Positions 37,880 through 49,154 of a stretch of DNA of 64,000 bases are shown one piece after another (within the stretch, counting starts at the first letter, position 1; every line of letters starts with the position of its first letter). Origin of the DNA: Eledone cirrhosa (Eukaryota); contig OZ024740.1 of the NCBI GenBank assembly GCA_964016885.1, positions 46,128,001 to 46,192,000 of the forward strand. The letters run 5' to 3'. The notes beneath the pieces were generated by a model. That model ran no database searches. It had not been told where the DNA came from and saw only the letters and a program-made list of their open reading frames with translations. The translations under genes were made by a program, and so were the position numbers.

Positions 37880-40800
37880 TCCATCAGTCAACGCGATCAG
37901 TCGCATATTTTGGCGTGGGAGACTATTTATTAAATTTAAGATGAATACTATCTCCGACAGTAATGCCACAACTACAGCCAGGTTGAATAACTGGTTATTC
38001 TTCTAACTATCCCTTCTGAAGACACCTTTTATTCGAATTCGTAGAGATATCCGACTAAATACATAATTCATTTTACAAGGATGTGCTACAAACAGCATGG
38101 CTGAACACAACATCAACAAGAAAATTAAGGAAGTATCGAAGACAAATAACAAAGAAGGTAATCAAACTTTATTCAGTTGTAGCTACAGAAGAAACCGAAA
38201 TTATAAATCGCATTTCTCTTGGAGTTGCGAACTTAATAATGATTTATTTAATTGTTATAAAATGGCAAAAAACAATCCCCCCATTGGCTATATGAATAGA
38301 ATGAAGCTACACTGGGACGAAATGCACCCAGAGCTAAATTATTTCACAGCGAAACAATTACGCCAACAAGTGACGTTTGTTGAACGTAAAAATAAGATAA
38401 ATATTATTAATTGTAAGTCCCCCCACAACAAACATGGAATCAACAACACGTGCTACAGATCGCCATGCTACTAGACTTCCTAGCAGCCAGGTCGAACAGC
38501 GCCTTGAAACAACTATGCCTGTAAGAAACTTGACACCACCTGTACCATCTAAGTCTACCTCGAATGCTGGGGAAAACACTATCGATAATAATAATAATCG
38601 AAGAAATAATAATAATAATCGAATAAATGTGACACCACGTATACCATCCGAGTCTACCTCGACTGTTGTGGAAAATACTATCGATAATGATAATCAAAAG
38701 TATAAACAATTGAAAATTTCCCTCAACGAAATCTTCCAGAGAGAAATTAACTCATGTATAAATATCTCTGTGTTAAAATGACAATGGTGAATAAAAAAAC
38801 AAATAATGAAATACTACGTGTTATTGACGAAATAGGGGATGAATATTTACGACGGATAAAAACCCCAACATTTTGGCAAATCAACGCCAGTTTATATGCC
38901 TTAGCAATGACAGTGAAGCATTATCTTAGTGATAGCAGAGATATTAACAAGAACAAAACACCACCAAAAATACCATCATATATAACTAAAATAGAAAAAA
39001 AGAGTGCTGACCTACGAAAAAACATAGGACATGTGATAATGCTCCTTACATGCAAACAAACACCAAAAAACGTCACTCCTCACCAACAAAGAGTGAAAAA
39101 TAAAATAGAGACGATGTTTGGTAACAGTAGAATCAGAACTCTCCAATATAAGCTGATCACCCTCAAACAAGAATTGAGAGCTGTTAGCGAAAAACGCCGA
39201 TACCTGAAGAAGGTAGATGAGAGAAAAATGCTTAATAAAAGATTCATACGAAACCAAACATCACTCTATAGAGATATGAAGGGCAAAATAATAAGTGTCA
39301 CTGAGGCCCCATCCCAGAAAGACATAGATTCCTTTTGGAGAAAAATATGGGGTGAAAAGAAGAATTTCAACCAAGATGCAGTGTGGCAAAGAGAAATCCG
39401 AAAGAACTATTGCTCCTACACTACAACAAAAACATACGAAATAAGTGAGGGTACCCTTGAGACTGTGATAGGAAAACTCCAAGATAAGAAAACACCAGGA
39501 AGAGACATGATTGTCGGCTACTGGTACAAAAAACTAATATTCTATCGGAGGTATCTTACTGACCTCTACCAACAAGTTCTTAAGGGAGATACACTTATAC
39601 CAGAATGGTTGACATTAGCACAAACGTTACTGGTCCCAAAGAACAAAGACACCCACTTGGCAAAAAACTACCGACCCATTGCATGCCAGAACCTGATGTA
39701 TAAGATGTATACAGCCTGCCTCAACCTATTCCTCCAAGATCACTGTGAAAATAATAACATCATCACAGATGAACAAGCAGCTGGAAAGAAAAGGGTTTGG
39801 GGATGTGCTGAACAACTCCTAATCAACAAAGCTGCGATGTTGGAGGTGCGACAACTTAGGAGGAATATGACTACAGTCTGGCTGGACTACAAGAAAGCTT
39901 TCTATTCTGTTCCCCACTCTTGGATGATAGAAGCCCTCCAACTTGCTAAAGTCCCAGACATTATCGTCAGAGCCATAGAGAGGCTGTCTTCTTCTTGGGC
40001 TACTATCCTAAGGGAGGACTCTATTTTCACTGATAAAATAAAATATTGCAGGGGTATATTTCAGGGGGCCAGTATCTCTGTGATATTATTCATCTTGTCA
40101 TTAAACCCCTTGTCCTTTCTGCTCAAGAAATGTGAGGGATACATCATTGACTCACAGGAGGACAGAAATACAAACCTAACCCATAATTTCTTTGTGAACG
40201 ATCTGAAACTCTATGCCAAGAACATGGATGGGATGAAGAAAATTCTTGACCTGGTTACAACGTTCTCAAAGGATATAGGAATGGAGTTTGGCCAAGATAA
40301 ATGCTCATACATGACTGTAAAGTGGGGGGAAACAACAACCCAATCTAGCAACATTCTCATCAATGGCCTAACTGTTTCACCGATATCTGATGAGGACTGT
40401 TACAGATACCTGGGGATAGATGAGAACATATCCTATAATGGTATCTGTAATAAAGAACGCGTAACCAGGGAATACTACACCCGTTTAAGAAAGATCTGGT
40501 CATCGGAACTCTCTGCGCAAAACAAAATAGTGGCTCACAATGTGTTTGCTGTGCCTGTCCTAACACCAACGTTTGGAATACTCAATTGGACGATAGACGA
40601 AATCCGAGCAGTTGATGTTGGAACTCGAAAAATACTGAACAACACCGGAAACTTCCACATCAACAGTGACATAGACCGCCTTTACTTGAAACGTAAGCAG
40701 GGAGACAGGGGCCTAACATCAGTCCAGACAACATTTGAATGTCGCATCATATCTCTCCGACAACATCTACGAACCTCGAAGCGTAGGAGCCCGCTTCTCG

Positions 40801-41994
40801 AGCAAGTCTATCTGCATGAAACAGATAAGATCATGAGAGTTGGGAAGGAACTCCTTGAGAGATATTCCCTGTGTGATAATCAAAAACTCACACCCAGGGA
40901 TGTCGCTCAGCAGTATCGTAGTGAATCCATGGATGAAAAACTGCATGCCTATCAGCAAAAAATCATGCATGGATATGTTACCAGGAAGCTCCAGAGTGAG
41001 AGTAATATAGATAAGGAAAGTAGTCTATCTTGGACCAACAACCGCTATATTGGCTCCCACTTTGAAGGATACGCTTTTGCAATCCAGGAACAGGAGATTA
41101 GCACGAAATACCTGATTCACAAAGAGATAGGGATGCAGGCAAAACACCTAGATGTGATAACAAGTGCAGATTCTGCAGAACTAACATCGAGGATATCACC
41201 CATGTCATCAGCAGCTGTCCAAAGATGTCATTGCGGTACTATCTACCTATGAGGCATGATGTAGTGGCCAAAACACTGTACAACGCAGTTCGTAAAAAAG
41301 ATAGCCCCGATAATAAACACATTAAAAGCTACAGCAATGTGGAAGACATCCATGTACATAATATGAAAGAGTACTGGTGGAATGTTCCAGTAAAAACCCC
41401 AATAAAATGCAGGCATAACAGACCAGATATTATGATATGGGACAGGGAGAAGAAAACATGCACAGTAGTGGAAATTAGCTGCCCAACAGATGCCAATATA
41501 ATATCAAAGATTAGTGAAAAGGAGAATATTTATGCAGAACTGATGAGAAATCTGCAAATACTCCACCCTGATTACACCTTCAGATTTATGCCTGTGATTA
41601 TTGGGGCACTGGGATATGTTAGTAACTGCATCAATACAAATCTTGAGAAGCTAGGCTTCACAGGAACAGAAAGAACACAACTAGTTAGGAAATTACAAGT
41701 ACAATCCATTAATGGAAGAGTAAAAATATGTAAAACATTCCAAAAATTTTGCATCTAATAACTGCATATACACATGTACAGATACAAAGCATATACACAT
41801 GCACACATACAACTCAAAACATACACATCCACACATACAATAACATCCATATCTACACATGCATGCATGCAGACATACATACATATCTACCTAGTTGATG
41901 TTGTGTAAATTCCAATGAGAGAGTCTTGTGTCTATGTTAGAAACCCACTCTCTCTCTATTGGTAAAACTTTGTGAAATTATAAAACCAGAAGAA
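37880..41994 (+). mobile_element. Near full-length R4/Dong-like non-LTR retrotransposon (RT + CCHC + RLE), frameshifted, with (CATA)n at both ends
   Basis: ORF pieces at 38097-38474, 38434-38781, 38754-41252 and 41225-41758. RT motifs NYRPIAC, WLDYKKAF, GIFQG, FVNDLKL and YRYLG. CRFC..EDITHVISSC lies in the shifted frame, followed by RHD, RPDI..D, VEISCP and K..Y (RLE). Confidence 0.93.
38754..41252 (+). pseudogene. Reverse transcriptase portion of the LINE ORF (catalytic FVDD changed to FVND)
   Basis: 832-aa ORF with non-LTR RT motifs. The second copy reads tttgtggacgat (FVDD) at 42601. Confidence 0.9.
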
Positions 41995-42027
41995 CATACA
42001 TACATACATACATACATACATACATAC

Positions 42028-42390
42028 AGCTGCCCACTTGATGTAAACGTTGTCAGAAAAATACAGGAGAAGGAGGACATCTACGGACCGTTGATGAGGA
42101 GTTTACAAATCCAGTATCCAAGATACACCTTTAGCTTCATACCCATCATTATTGGAGCTACGGGTTAGATACCAACCCGCTTGGACCAAAGTATGACTGA
42201 ACTTGGATTTGCGGACAAAGGGCGCAGTTCCCTAATTCATAGTCTACAAATGGCTGCGATAGCTGGCACCTTCAAAATTTTCAAAACATTCTTGCGATTC
42301 AAGGGATGACAATTTCTTTTCTTTTACAACCTTGTCACCAGGAAGGTGGCCGGTCAAAAAAATATACTCGAAATTAAGAGAAAGAGATAA
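42028..42390 (+). mobile_element. 3' fragment of a different R4-like family (RLE end), bounded by (CATA)n
   Basis: SCPLDVNVVRKIQEKEDIYGPLMRSLQIQYPRYTFSFIPIIIGATG is homologous to, but diverged from, SCPTDANIISKISEKENIYAELMRNLQ, and the 3' UTR differs. Confidence 0.85.
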
Positions 42391-42447
42391 CATACATACA
42401 TACATACATACATACATACATACATACATACATACATACATACATAC

Positions 42448-44402
42448 ATAAAATATTGCAGTGGTATATTTCAGGGGGACAGTCTCTCTGTGATATTATT
42501 CATCTTGTCATTAAACATCTTGTCCTTTCTGCTCAAGAAATGTGAGGGATACATCATTGGTGCACAGGAGGACAGAAATACGAACCTAACCCATAATTTC
42601 TTTGTGGACGATCTGAAACTATGCCAAGAACATGGATGGGATGAAGAAAAATCTTGACCTGGTTACAACGTTCTCAAAGGATATAGGAATGGAGTTTGGC
42701 CAAGATAAATGCTCTTACATGTCTGTAAAGCGGGGAAAAACAACAACCCAATCTAGCAACATTGTCATCAATGGCCTAACTGTTTCACCAATATCTGATG
42801 AGGACTGCTACAGATACCTGGGGATAGATGAGAACATATCCTATAATGGTATCTGTAATAAAGAACGCGTAACCAGGGAATACTACACCCGATTAAGAAA
42901 GATCTGGTCATCGGAACTCTCTACGCAAAACAAAACAGTGGCTCACAATGTGTTTGCTGTGCCTGTCCTAACACCAACGTTTGGAATACTCAATTGGACG
43001 ATAGACGAAATCCGAGCAGTTGATGTTGGAACTCGAAAAATACTGAACAACACCGGAAACTTCCACATCAACAGTGACATAGACCGCCTTTACTTGAAAC
43101 GTAAGCAGGGAGACAGGGGCCTAACATCAGTCCAGACAACATTTGAATGTCGCATCATATCTCTCCGACAACATCTACGAACCTCGAAGCGTAGGAGCCC
43201 GCTTCTCGAGCAAGTCTATCTGCATGAAACAGATAAGATCATGAGAGTTGGGAAGGAACTCCTTGAGAGATATTCCCTGTGTGATAATCAAAAACTCACA
43301 CCCAGGGATGTCGCTCAGCAGTATCGTAGTGAATCCATGGATGAAAAACTGCATGCCTATCAGCAAAAAATCATGCATGGATATGTTGCCAGGAAGCTCC
43401 AGAGTGAGAGTAATATAGATAAGGAAAGTAGTCTATCTTGGACCAACAACCGCTATATTGGCTCCCACTTTGAAGGATACGCTTTTGCAATCCAGGAACA
43501 GGAGATTAGCACGAAATACCTGATTCACAAAGAGATAGGGATGCAGGCAAAACACCTAGATGTGATAACAAGTGCAGATTCTGCAGAACTAACATCGAGG
43601 ATATCACCCATGTCATCAGCAGCTGTCCAAAGATGTCATTGCGGTACTATCTACCTATGAGGCATGATGTAGTGGCCAAAACACTGTACAACGCAGTTCG
43701 TAAAAAAGATAGCCCCGATAATAAACACATTAAAAGCTACAGCAATGTGGAAGACATCCATGTACATAATATGAAAGAGTACTGGTGGAATGTTCCAGTA
43801 AAAACCCCAATAAAATGTAGGCATAACAGACCAGATATTATGATATGGGACAGGGAGAAGAAATCATGCACAGTAGTGGAAATTAGCTGCCCAGCAGATG
43901 CCAATATAATATCAAAGATTAGTGAAAAGGAAAATATTTATGCAGAACTGATGAGAAATCTATAGATACTCCACCCTGATTACACCTTCAGATTTATGCC
44001 TGTGATTATTGGGGCACTGGGATATGTTAGTAACTGCCTCAATACAAATCTTGAGAAGCTAGGCTTCACAGGAACAGAAAGAACACAACTAGTTAGGAAA
44101 TTACAAGTACAATCCATTAATGGAAGAGTAAAAATATGTAAAACATTCCAAAAGTTTTGCATCTAATAACTGCATATACACATATACAGATGCAAAGCAT
44201 ATACATATGCATACATACAACTCAAAACATCCACATCCACACATACAATAACATCCATATCTACACATGCATGCATGCAGACATACATACATATCTACCT
44301 AGTTAATGTTGTGTAAATTCCAATGAGAGAGTCTTGTGTCTATGTTAGAAACCGACTCTCTCTCTATTGGTAAAACTTTGTGAAATTATAAAACCGGAAG
44401 AA
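42448..44402 (+). mobile_element. 5'-truncated second copy of the R4/Dong-like LINE, followed by (CATA)n
   Basis: Near-identical to ~40038-41994. ORFs at 42632-43660 and 43633-43965. Confidence 0.95.
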
Positions 44403-44448
44403 CATACATACATACATACATACATACATACATACATACATACATACA

Positions 44449-45006
44449 GTAAACCTCTAGTCATTTATGCTGAGGAAATGCAAAATGGATTTTGGCGAGG
44501 ATAAATGCTCCAATATGATTATTACGCGAGGAAAAATTACAAACCAATCTAGCAACATCTCTATCAATGACTCGAATGCTTCACCGGCCTCTGATGATGA
44601 CTGCTACAGGTACTTAATGATAGATGAAATATATCTCGTGATAGAATTAGTAACGGGAAACGAGTAAGCAAGAAATATAATACCCAGATAAAAAAGTATA
44701 TAGTCTCTATGCACAACTAAATGTGGCTCCTAATGTGTTTACTGTACCTGTTCTAAAACTAACATTTTGAATACTTGACTGGCCGCTAGATGAGATCCAA
44801 GCCATTGGTGTTATAAGACAAAAGTTCTAATCGGTACTGGAAATTTCCACATCAACAGTGACATAGACGACCTCTACCTAAAACATAAACAAGTAGACAG
44901 GTTTAACATCAATCCAGACAGCATTTGAATGTCGCATCATATCCCTCTGACAATATCTACGAACCACCAAGTGTAGAAGCCCATTCATAGAACAAGTCTG
45001 TCTACA
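44449..45006 (+). mobile_element. Older, diverged internal RT fragment of the same R4-like family
   Basis: MDFGEDKCS...SDDDCYRYLMIDE. ggaaatttccacatcaacagtgacatagac matches ~40646-40677. Confidence 0.85.
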
Positions 45007-45007
45007 T

Positions 45008-45080
45008 GAGGCCAAGGACACCAGAAGTCTCCACTGCCAAGGGCACGACCGCGAACCTGTCGGAGAGCGACCGGTACTTG
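45008..45080 (-). mobile_element. Short CRE-like fragment
   Basis: Matches ~15546-15616 (ggacaccagaagtctc...aacctgtcggagagcgaccggta). Confidence 0.85.
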
Positions 45081-45120
45081 GAGAAATTTTTATTTTCATT
45101 TGGATTAAAACAAAATAACA

Positions 45121-45439
45121 TCTACATATCTAAAACAGAGAATGTCTGTCTGTCTGGCTCCCTAAAACTCGAGAACCACCCAACCGATTGTTTTCAAACT
45201 TTACACATGTAATACTTATGGTCCTGTGAGTGTTTTGAGCAAAAATATTTCAAATTTTCAATGCCCTAGGGACCGCATTAGGCGATTTAGTGATCTCTCT
45301 CTATAATTCTTAGTCTTTCTTTTTAGATATAACGTTGCGCCCTTATAATATCTGTTTGTATGTCTGACTGTCTGCCTTACGACATTATGACGCTATATAT
45401 GTGTGTATATATGTATATATATTGTGTGTATATATATAT

Positions 45440-45479
<40 letters not shown>

Positions 45480-45767
45480 TGTAACGTTTTTCGAAATATC
45501 TACTTCTGCGTTCACAGATTGATTTTTTAAGTTTCAGAAGATCCTGTTAAGGGTGAAAGCCGCGATTCTTTGCTTAAACTTTAATCTGTTATTTTAATAT
45601 ATATATATATATATATAATTATATATTCGTATACAGATATTTTTGCATACACAATAACAAAATATAAATAAACGTATTTATTTCACGAGGCTCGATAAAG
45701 ATAAATATATATCAAATATATAAGAACCCTAGAGCAAATCCCGAGCAACACCGGGTCATTCTGCTAG
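45121..45767 (+). mobile_element. Non-autonomous Helitron
   Basis: A|TC 5' end (tctacatatctaaaac, then gtctgtctgtctg), subterminal hairpin cccg-agcaacac-cggg at 45740-45755, and a CTAG|T 3' end with no TSD. Confidence 0.85.
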
Positions 45768-46669
45768 TTTTATCTAAAATAATCTTTCTATAGTCAACTA
45801 TACTATGACAGCGACGGCGATGATGACGTCACATTTTGTATGTGAGTGTGTGTGTGTGTTTGTGAGTGTGTGTGTGTTTACGTGTTCGTTACATACGTTA
45901 AGCCTTAGTAAGTTACATATGCATACATCACGTAAATATTTAATCAGATACACAGAGAATTAAACACACACACACACATCTTCACACATGATGACTAACA
46001 AGTATATGTGTCTATGTGTGTGTGAGAGTGTAGGTGTATGTGTGTGTAAGTATACATTTCTGTGACGACTGAGGTTGGGGGAGGGTGAAACTGGGTATGA
46101 ATGTATGTGTGTGTGTGTTTTTTATAAGTTTGTGTGAGTATATGTGTGTCTGTTCGTGGGTGAAACTCTGTGTGTGTTTGTATGAATGTATGTCTGTGTG
46201 TGTGTGTGTTTATAAGTGTATGTTTGTGTGGGTGTATGTGTGTCTGTTTGTGAGTGAAACTATGTGTTTGTATGAATGTATGTCTGTGTGTTTTTTATGT
46301 GTATGTTTGTGTGAGTGTATGTGTGTCTGTTAGTTAAATTAGCAGTTAATACATTTGCTATTTGGTTAATTTGTTTATATTTGGTTAATGTACACTGCAT
46401 ACAAAAATAATAATTAATATATATTTCTTTTGGATGTTGATACTTATTTATTTACAATATTGAAAAAGAATGTCTTTATTCTAAGAATTCCTCTCATACC
46501 TACAACTGTTCCATATGAATTTAACATGCTTCAGTTTCCAGTCAAACTAAGTTTTGTTATTTCAATTAACAAATCTTAGGGTCAACCCCTCAAGGCAATT
46601 GGACTTGATCTCTCTACTACATGTTTGTCCCATGGTCAACTCTATGTTGGTTGCTCAAAAGTCGGACGC

Positions 46670-48342
46670 AGAGGGCGACCCTTTGGGACCCCTCCTGTTC
46701 GCCCTTGGTATTGACCACATCGCCCGGAGTATCACGGCCCCTCTCAACGTTTGGTATCTGGATGATGCTACGTTGGGCGGGCCCGTACGGACGGTCTGCC
46801 AAGACCTTCAATCGGTGATTCCTGCCCTGGCGGGAATCGGCCTCCAGGTCAACTCGGCCAAGTCGGAGGTGGTGAATGTCAGCCTCGATGCTGCGAGCTT
46901 TGCAGCCTCAGTCTTGGACGTGCGGTCCATTCTCTGCCAGGTTCAGGTGACCTCCAAAGAGGATGTCCTCATCCTCGGGTCACCGATCCACCCGCCGGCC
47001 ATCCGCTCCACTATCAGGTCCAGGCTTCAACAGTTCCAAACTCTCACGAGCCGACTGGGCTTGATCGACGGCCACCCAGCTCTCTTTCTGCTGAGGAACT
47101 GCTTCACCATGCCGAAGCTCCTCTATACACTCCGCAGCGCTCCATGCTACACACAGACATCACCCAGACATCGCTGACCTCGATACTTGTATCCGAGCAG
47201 CAGCCGAGGGGAAATGCAACGTCAAGTTTGACGACATAGAGTGGCAACAGGCCACTTTACCGGTCAGGTATGGCGGCCTTGGCCTCCGGTCCCCGATCTC
47301 ACTAGCTTTGCCGGCGTATCTTTCGTCGGTAACCTCGTGCCGCGTCCTCGTCAGCAGGGTTCTTCAAAACACAACAGAACCCTCTGTGTTCAGAGAACGT
47401 GAGGCCGCCTGTGAGACGTGGGACCGGATGGGACTTAGCCCAGTAGACGTCCCTCCTCCGTCTCCCCCTGTTGACGTCAAGTCCCCTCAACGCACTTGGG
47501 ATGCCATCCAGTGCAGCCTGGCCTCAGACAGGCTCACGCGCCAGCTCGACCAGCACCGCCTTGCTTGTTTTCGTGCGGCCTCCAAACCCCACAGTGGTGC
47601 CTGGCTCCATGCCCTGCCCTCCTTCTCCACTGGCACGCAGCTAGACAACCATAGCCTGCGTATCGGCGTTTCCCTGAGGCTCGGCCTCCGGATCTGCTAG
47701 CCACACCAATGTCACTGCGGTTCCATCGTGATCTCTTTCAGCCTCCACCCGCTTTCCTGTCGCCACAGTGCCGGCCGCATTCCACGCCATGCTGCCCTCA
47801 AAGAGGTCATTAAGCATAGCTTGGACGCTGCAGGCTTCCCTTCCCAGCTCGAGCCGGTGGGGCTGGATCGAGGAGACGGCAAAAGTCCAGATGGCATGAC
47901 AATCTTCCGGTTCCGCAGTGGCAAACCCCTCGTCTGGGATGCCACTTGCACCGACACTTTCTACAGCCGCAACCTGGTGCAGTCTGCGACTGACCCAGGT
48001 TCTGCTGCACGTCGGGTTGAGGGGGCCAAACTCCTCAAATACCGGTCGCTCTCCGACAGGTTTGCGGTCGTTCCCCTGGCAATGGAGACTTCTGGTGTCC
48101 TCGGCCCCAGGGTTACCTCCTTACTCACCACTATAGGCGCTGAACTGGCCAGCCGCAGGTGTGAGCCCCGCGAGTTGGAGTGGCTTTTCCAGCGCGTCTC
48201 CCTTGCCGTCTTCCGGGGAAACACCTTCTCCATTATGTCCGCCGGGGCTGTGGGTGGGCCCCACCGCGTGCCAATACATTAGTTAAATACCATTCTTTCA
48301 TCTGATACAACACAATAAAGACTAAAGTGTTAAAAAAAAAAA
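46670..48342 (+). mobile_element. 5'-truncated CRE-like non-LTR retrotransposon (RT C-terminal half + RLE), frameshifted, with poly-A tail
   Basis: GDPLGPLLF...WYLDDATL (RT), LPVRYGGLGLR, SGAWLHALP, and RH...EP...DGKSPDGMT..VWDATC (RLE). Conspicuously GC-rich. Confidence 0.9.
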
Positions 48343-48624
48343 TTATTCATTTGGACACCAACAAAAAATGTCACAATGAATATTGTTCACCCTGAGGTGC
48401 TTCAAGATTAACAGATTTTCAATTCTAAATTCTATTATCATTACAATTTTGATATTTTTAGAATAAAATATAGATATTTTGAAATAATTATGAGAAAAAA
48501 TAATATCTTCATATTGATTATTGCTAGGAACTTTATAAATAATTACACAAAAATATATAATGAAAGCTAGAGATAAAAAAAACAAGCTATGGTGACAGAA
48601 AGCCGGCATTAATATTCCCCTGGG

Positions 48625-48815
48625 GTCCAACAGGGTGACTCTTTGGGCCCTTTTCTATTTGCTCTTGGTATAGACCTCATTGCTCGGAGTATCACAGCCC
48701 CTCTCAACGTTTGGTACCTGGATGATGCTATATTGGGCTCTTCCAGCGCATCTCCCTTACCATCCTCTGGGGATATGTCTTCTCCATTCTGTCCACCTGG
48801 GCAGTGGGGCGGCCA
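48625..48815 (+). mobile_element. Internally deleted CRE-like derivative
   Basis: The VQQGDSLGPFLF...WYLDD segment (like 46670-46780) is joined directly to the ORF-end segment ttccagcgcatctccctt (like 48187-48260). Confidence 0.8.
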
Positions 48816-49154
48816 GCATATGGGACCCCATTTTTGTAGGACATGCTCATAATAGAGAGCGATGGGGAGGGTGAGAGAGATGGGGAGGGTGAGAAAGATG
48901 GAGGCAATGACAGTGGGAGTTCGACTCTTCAGTGTTTAGACCTGGTGAGCGGCATCAGTTGAGCACTTGTTCTCAGCTGTCATGATTAAGACGTTATAAT
49001 AACGTTGGACAATACTCAAAGCAATTTCCTTTCAAGCGAATCATATATTCTTTATTATAACTATATTTTATTAAGGCATAACCATCAACATAATATTACA
49101 AACAAAAAGAGAAAAAAGAAAGACAAGGGAAAGAAAAAAAGAAAGAGAATAAAA

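Noticed and set aside
48343-48625. Hydrophobic 95-aa ORF as a host exon
   Set aside because: It is AT-rich, has no recognisable motif or splice context, and is sandwiched between CRE fragments.
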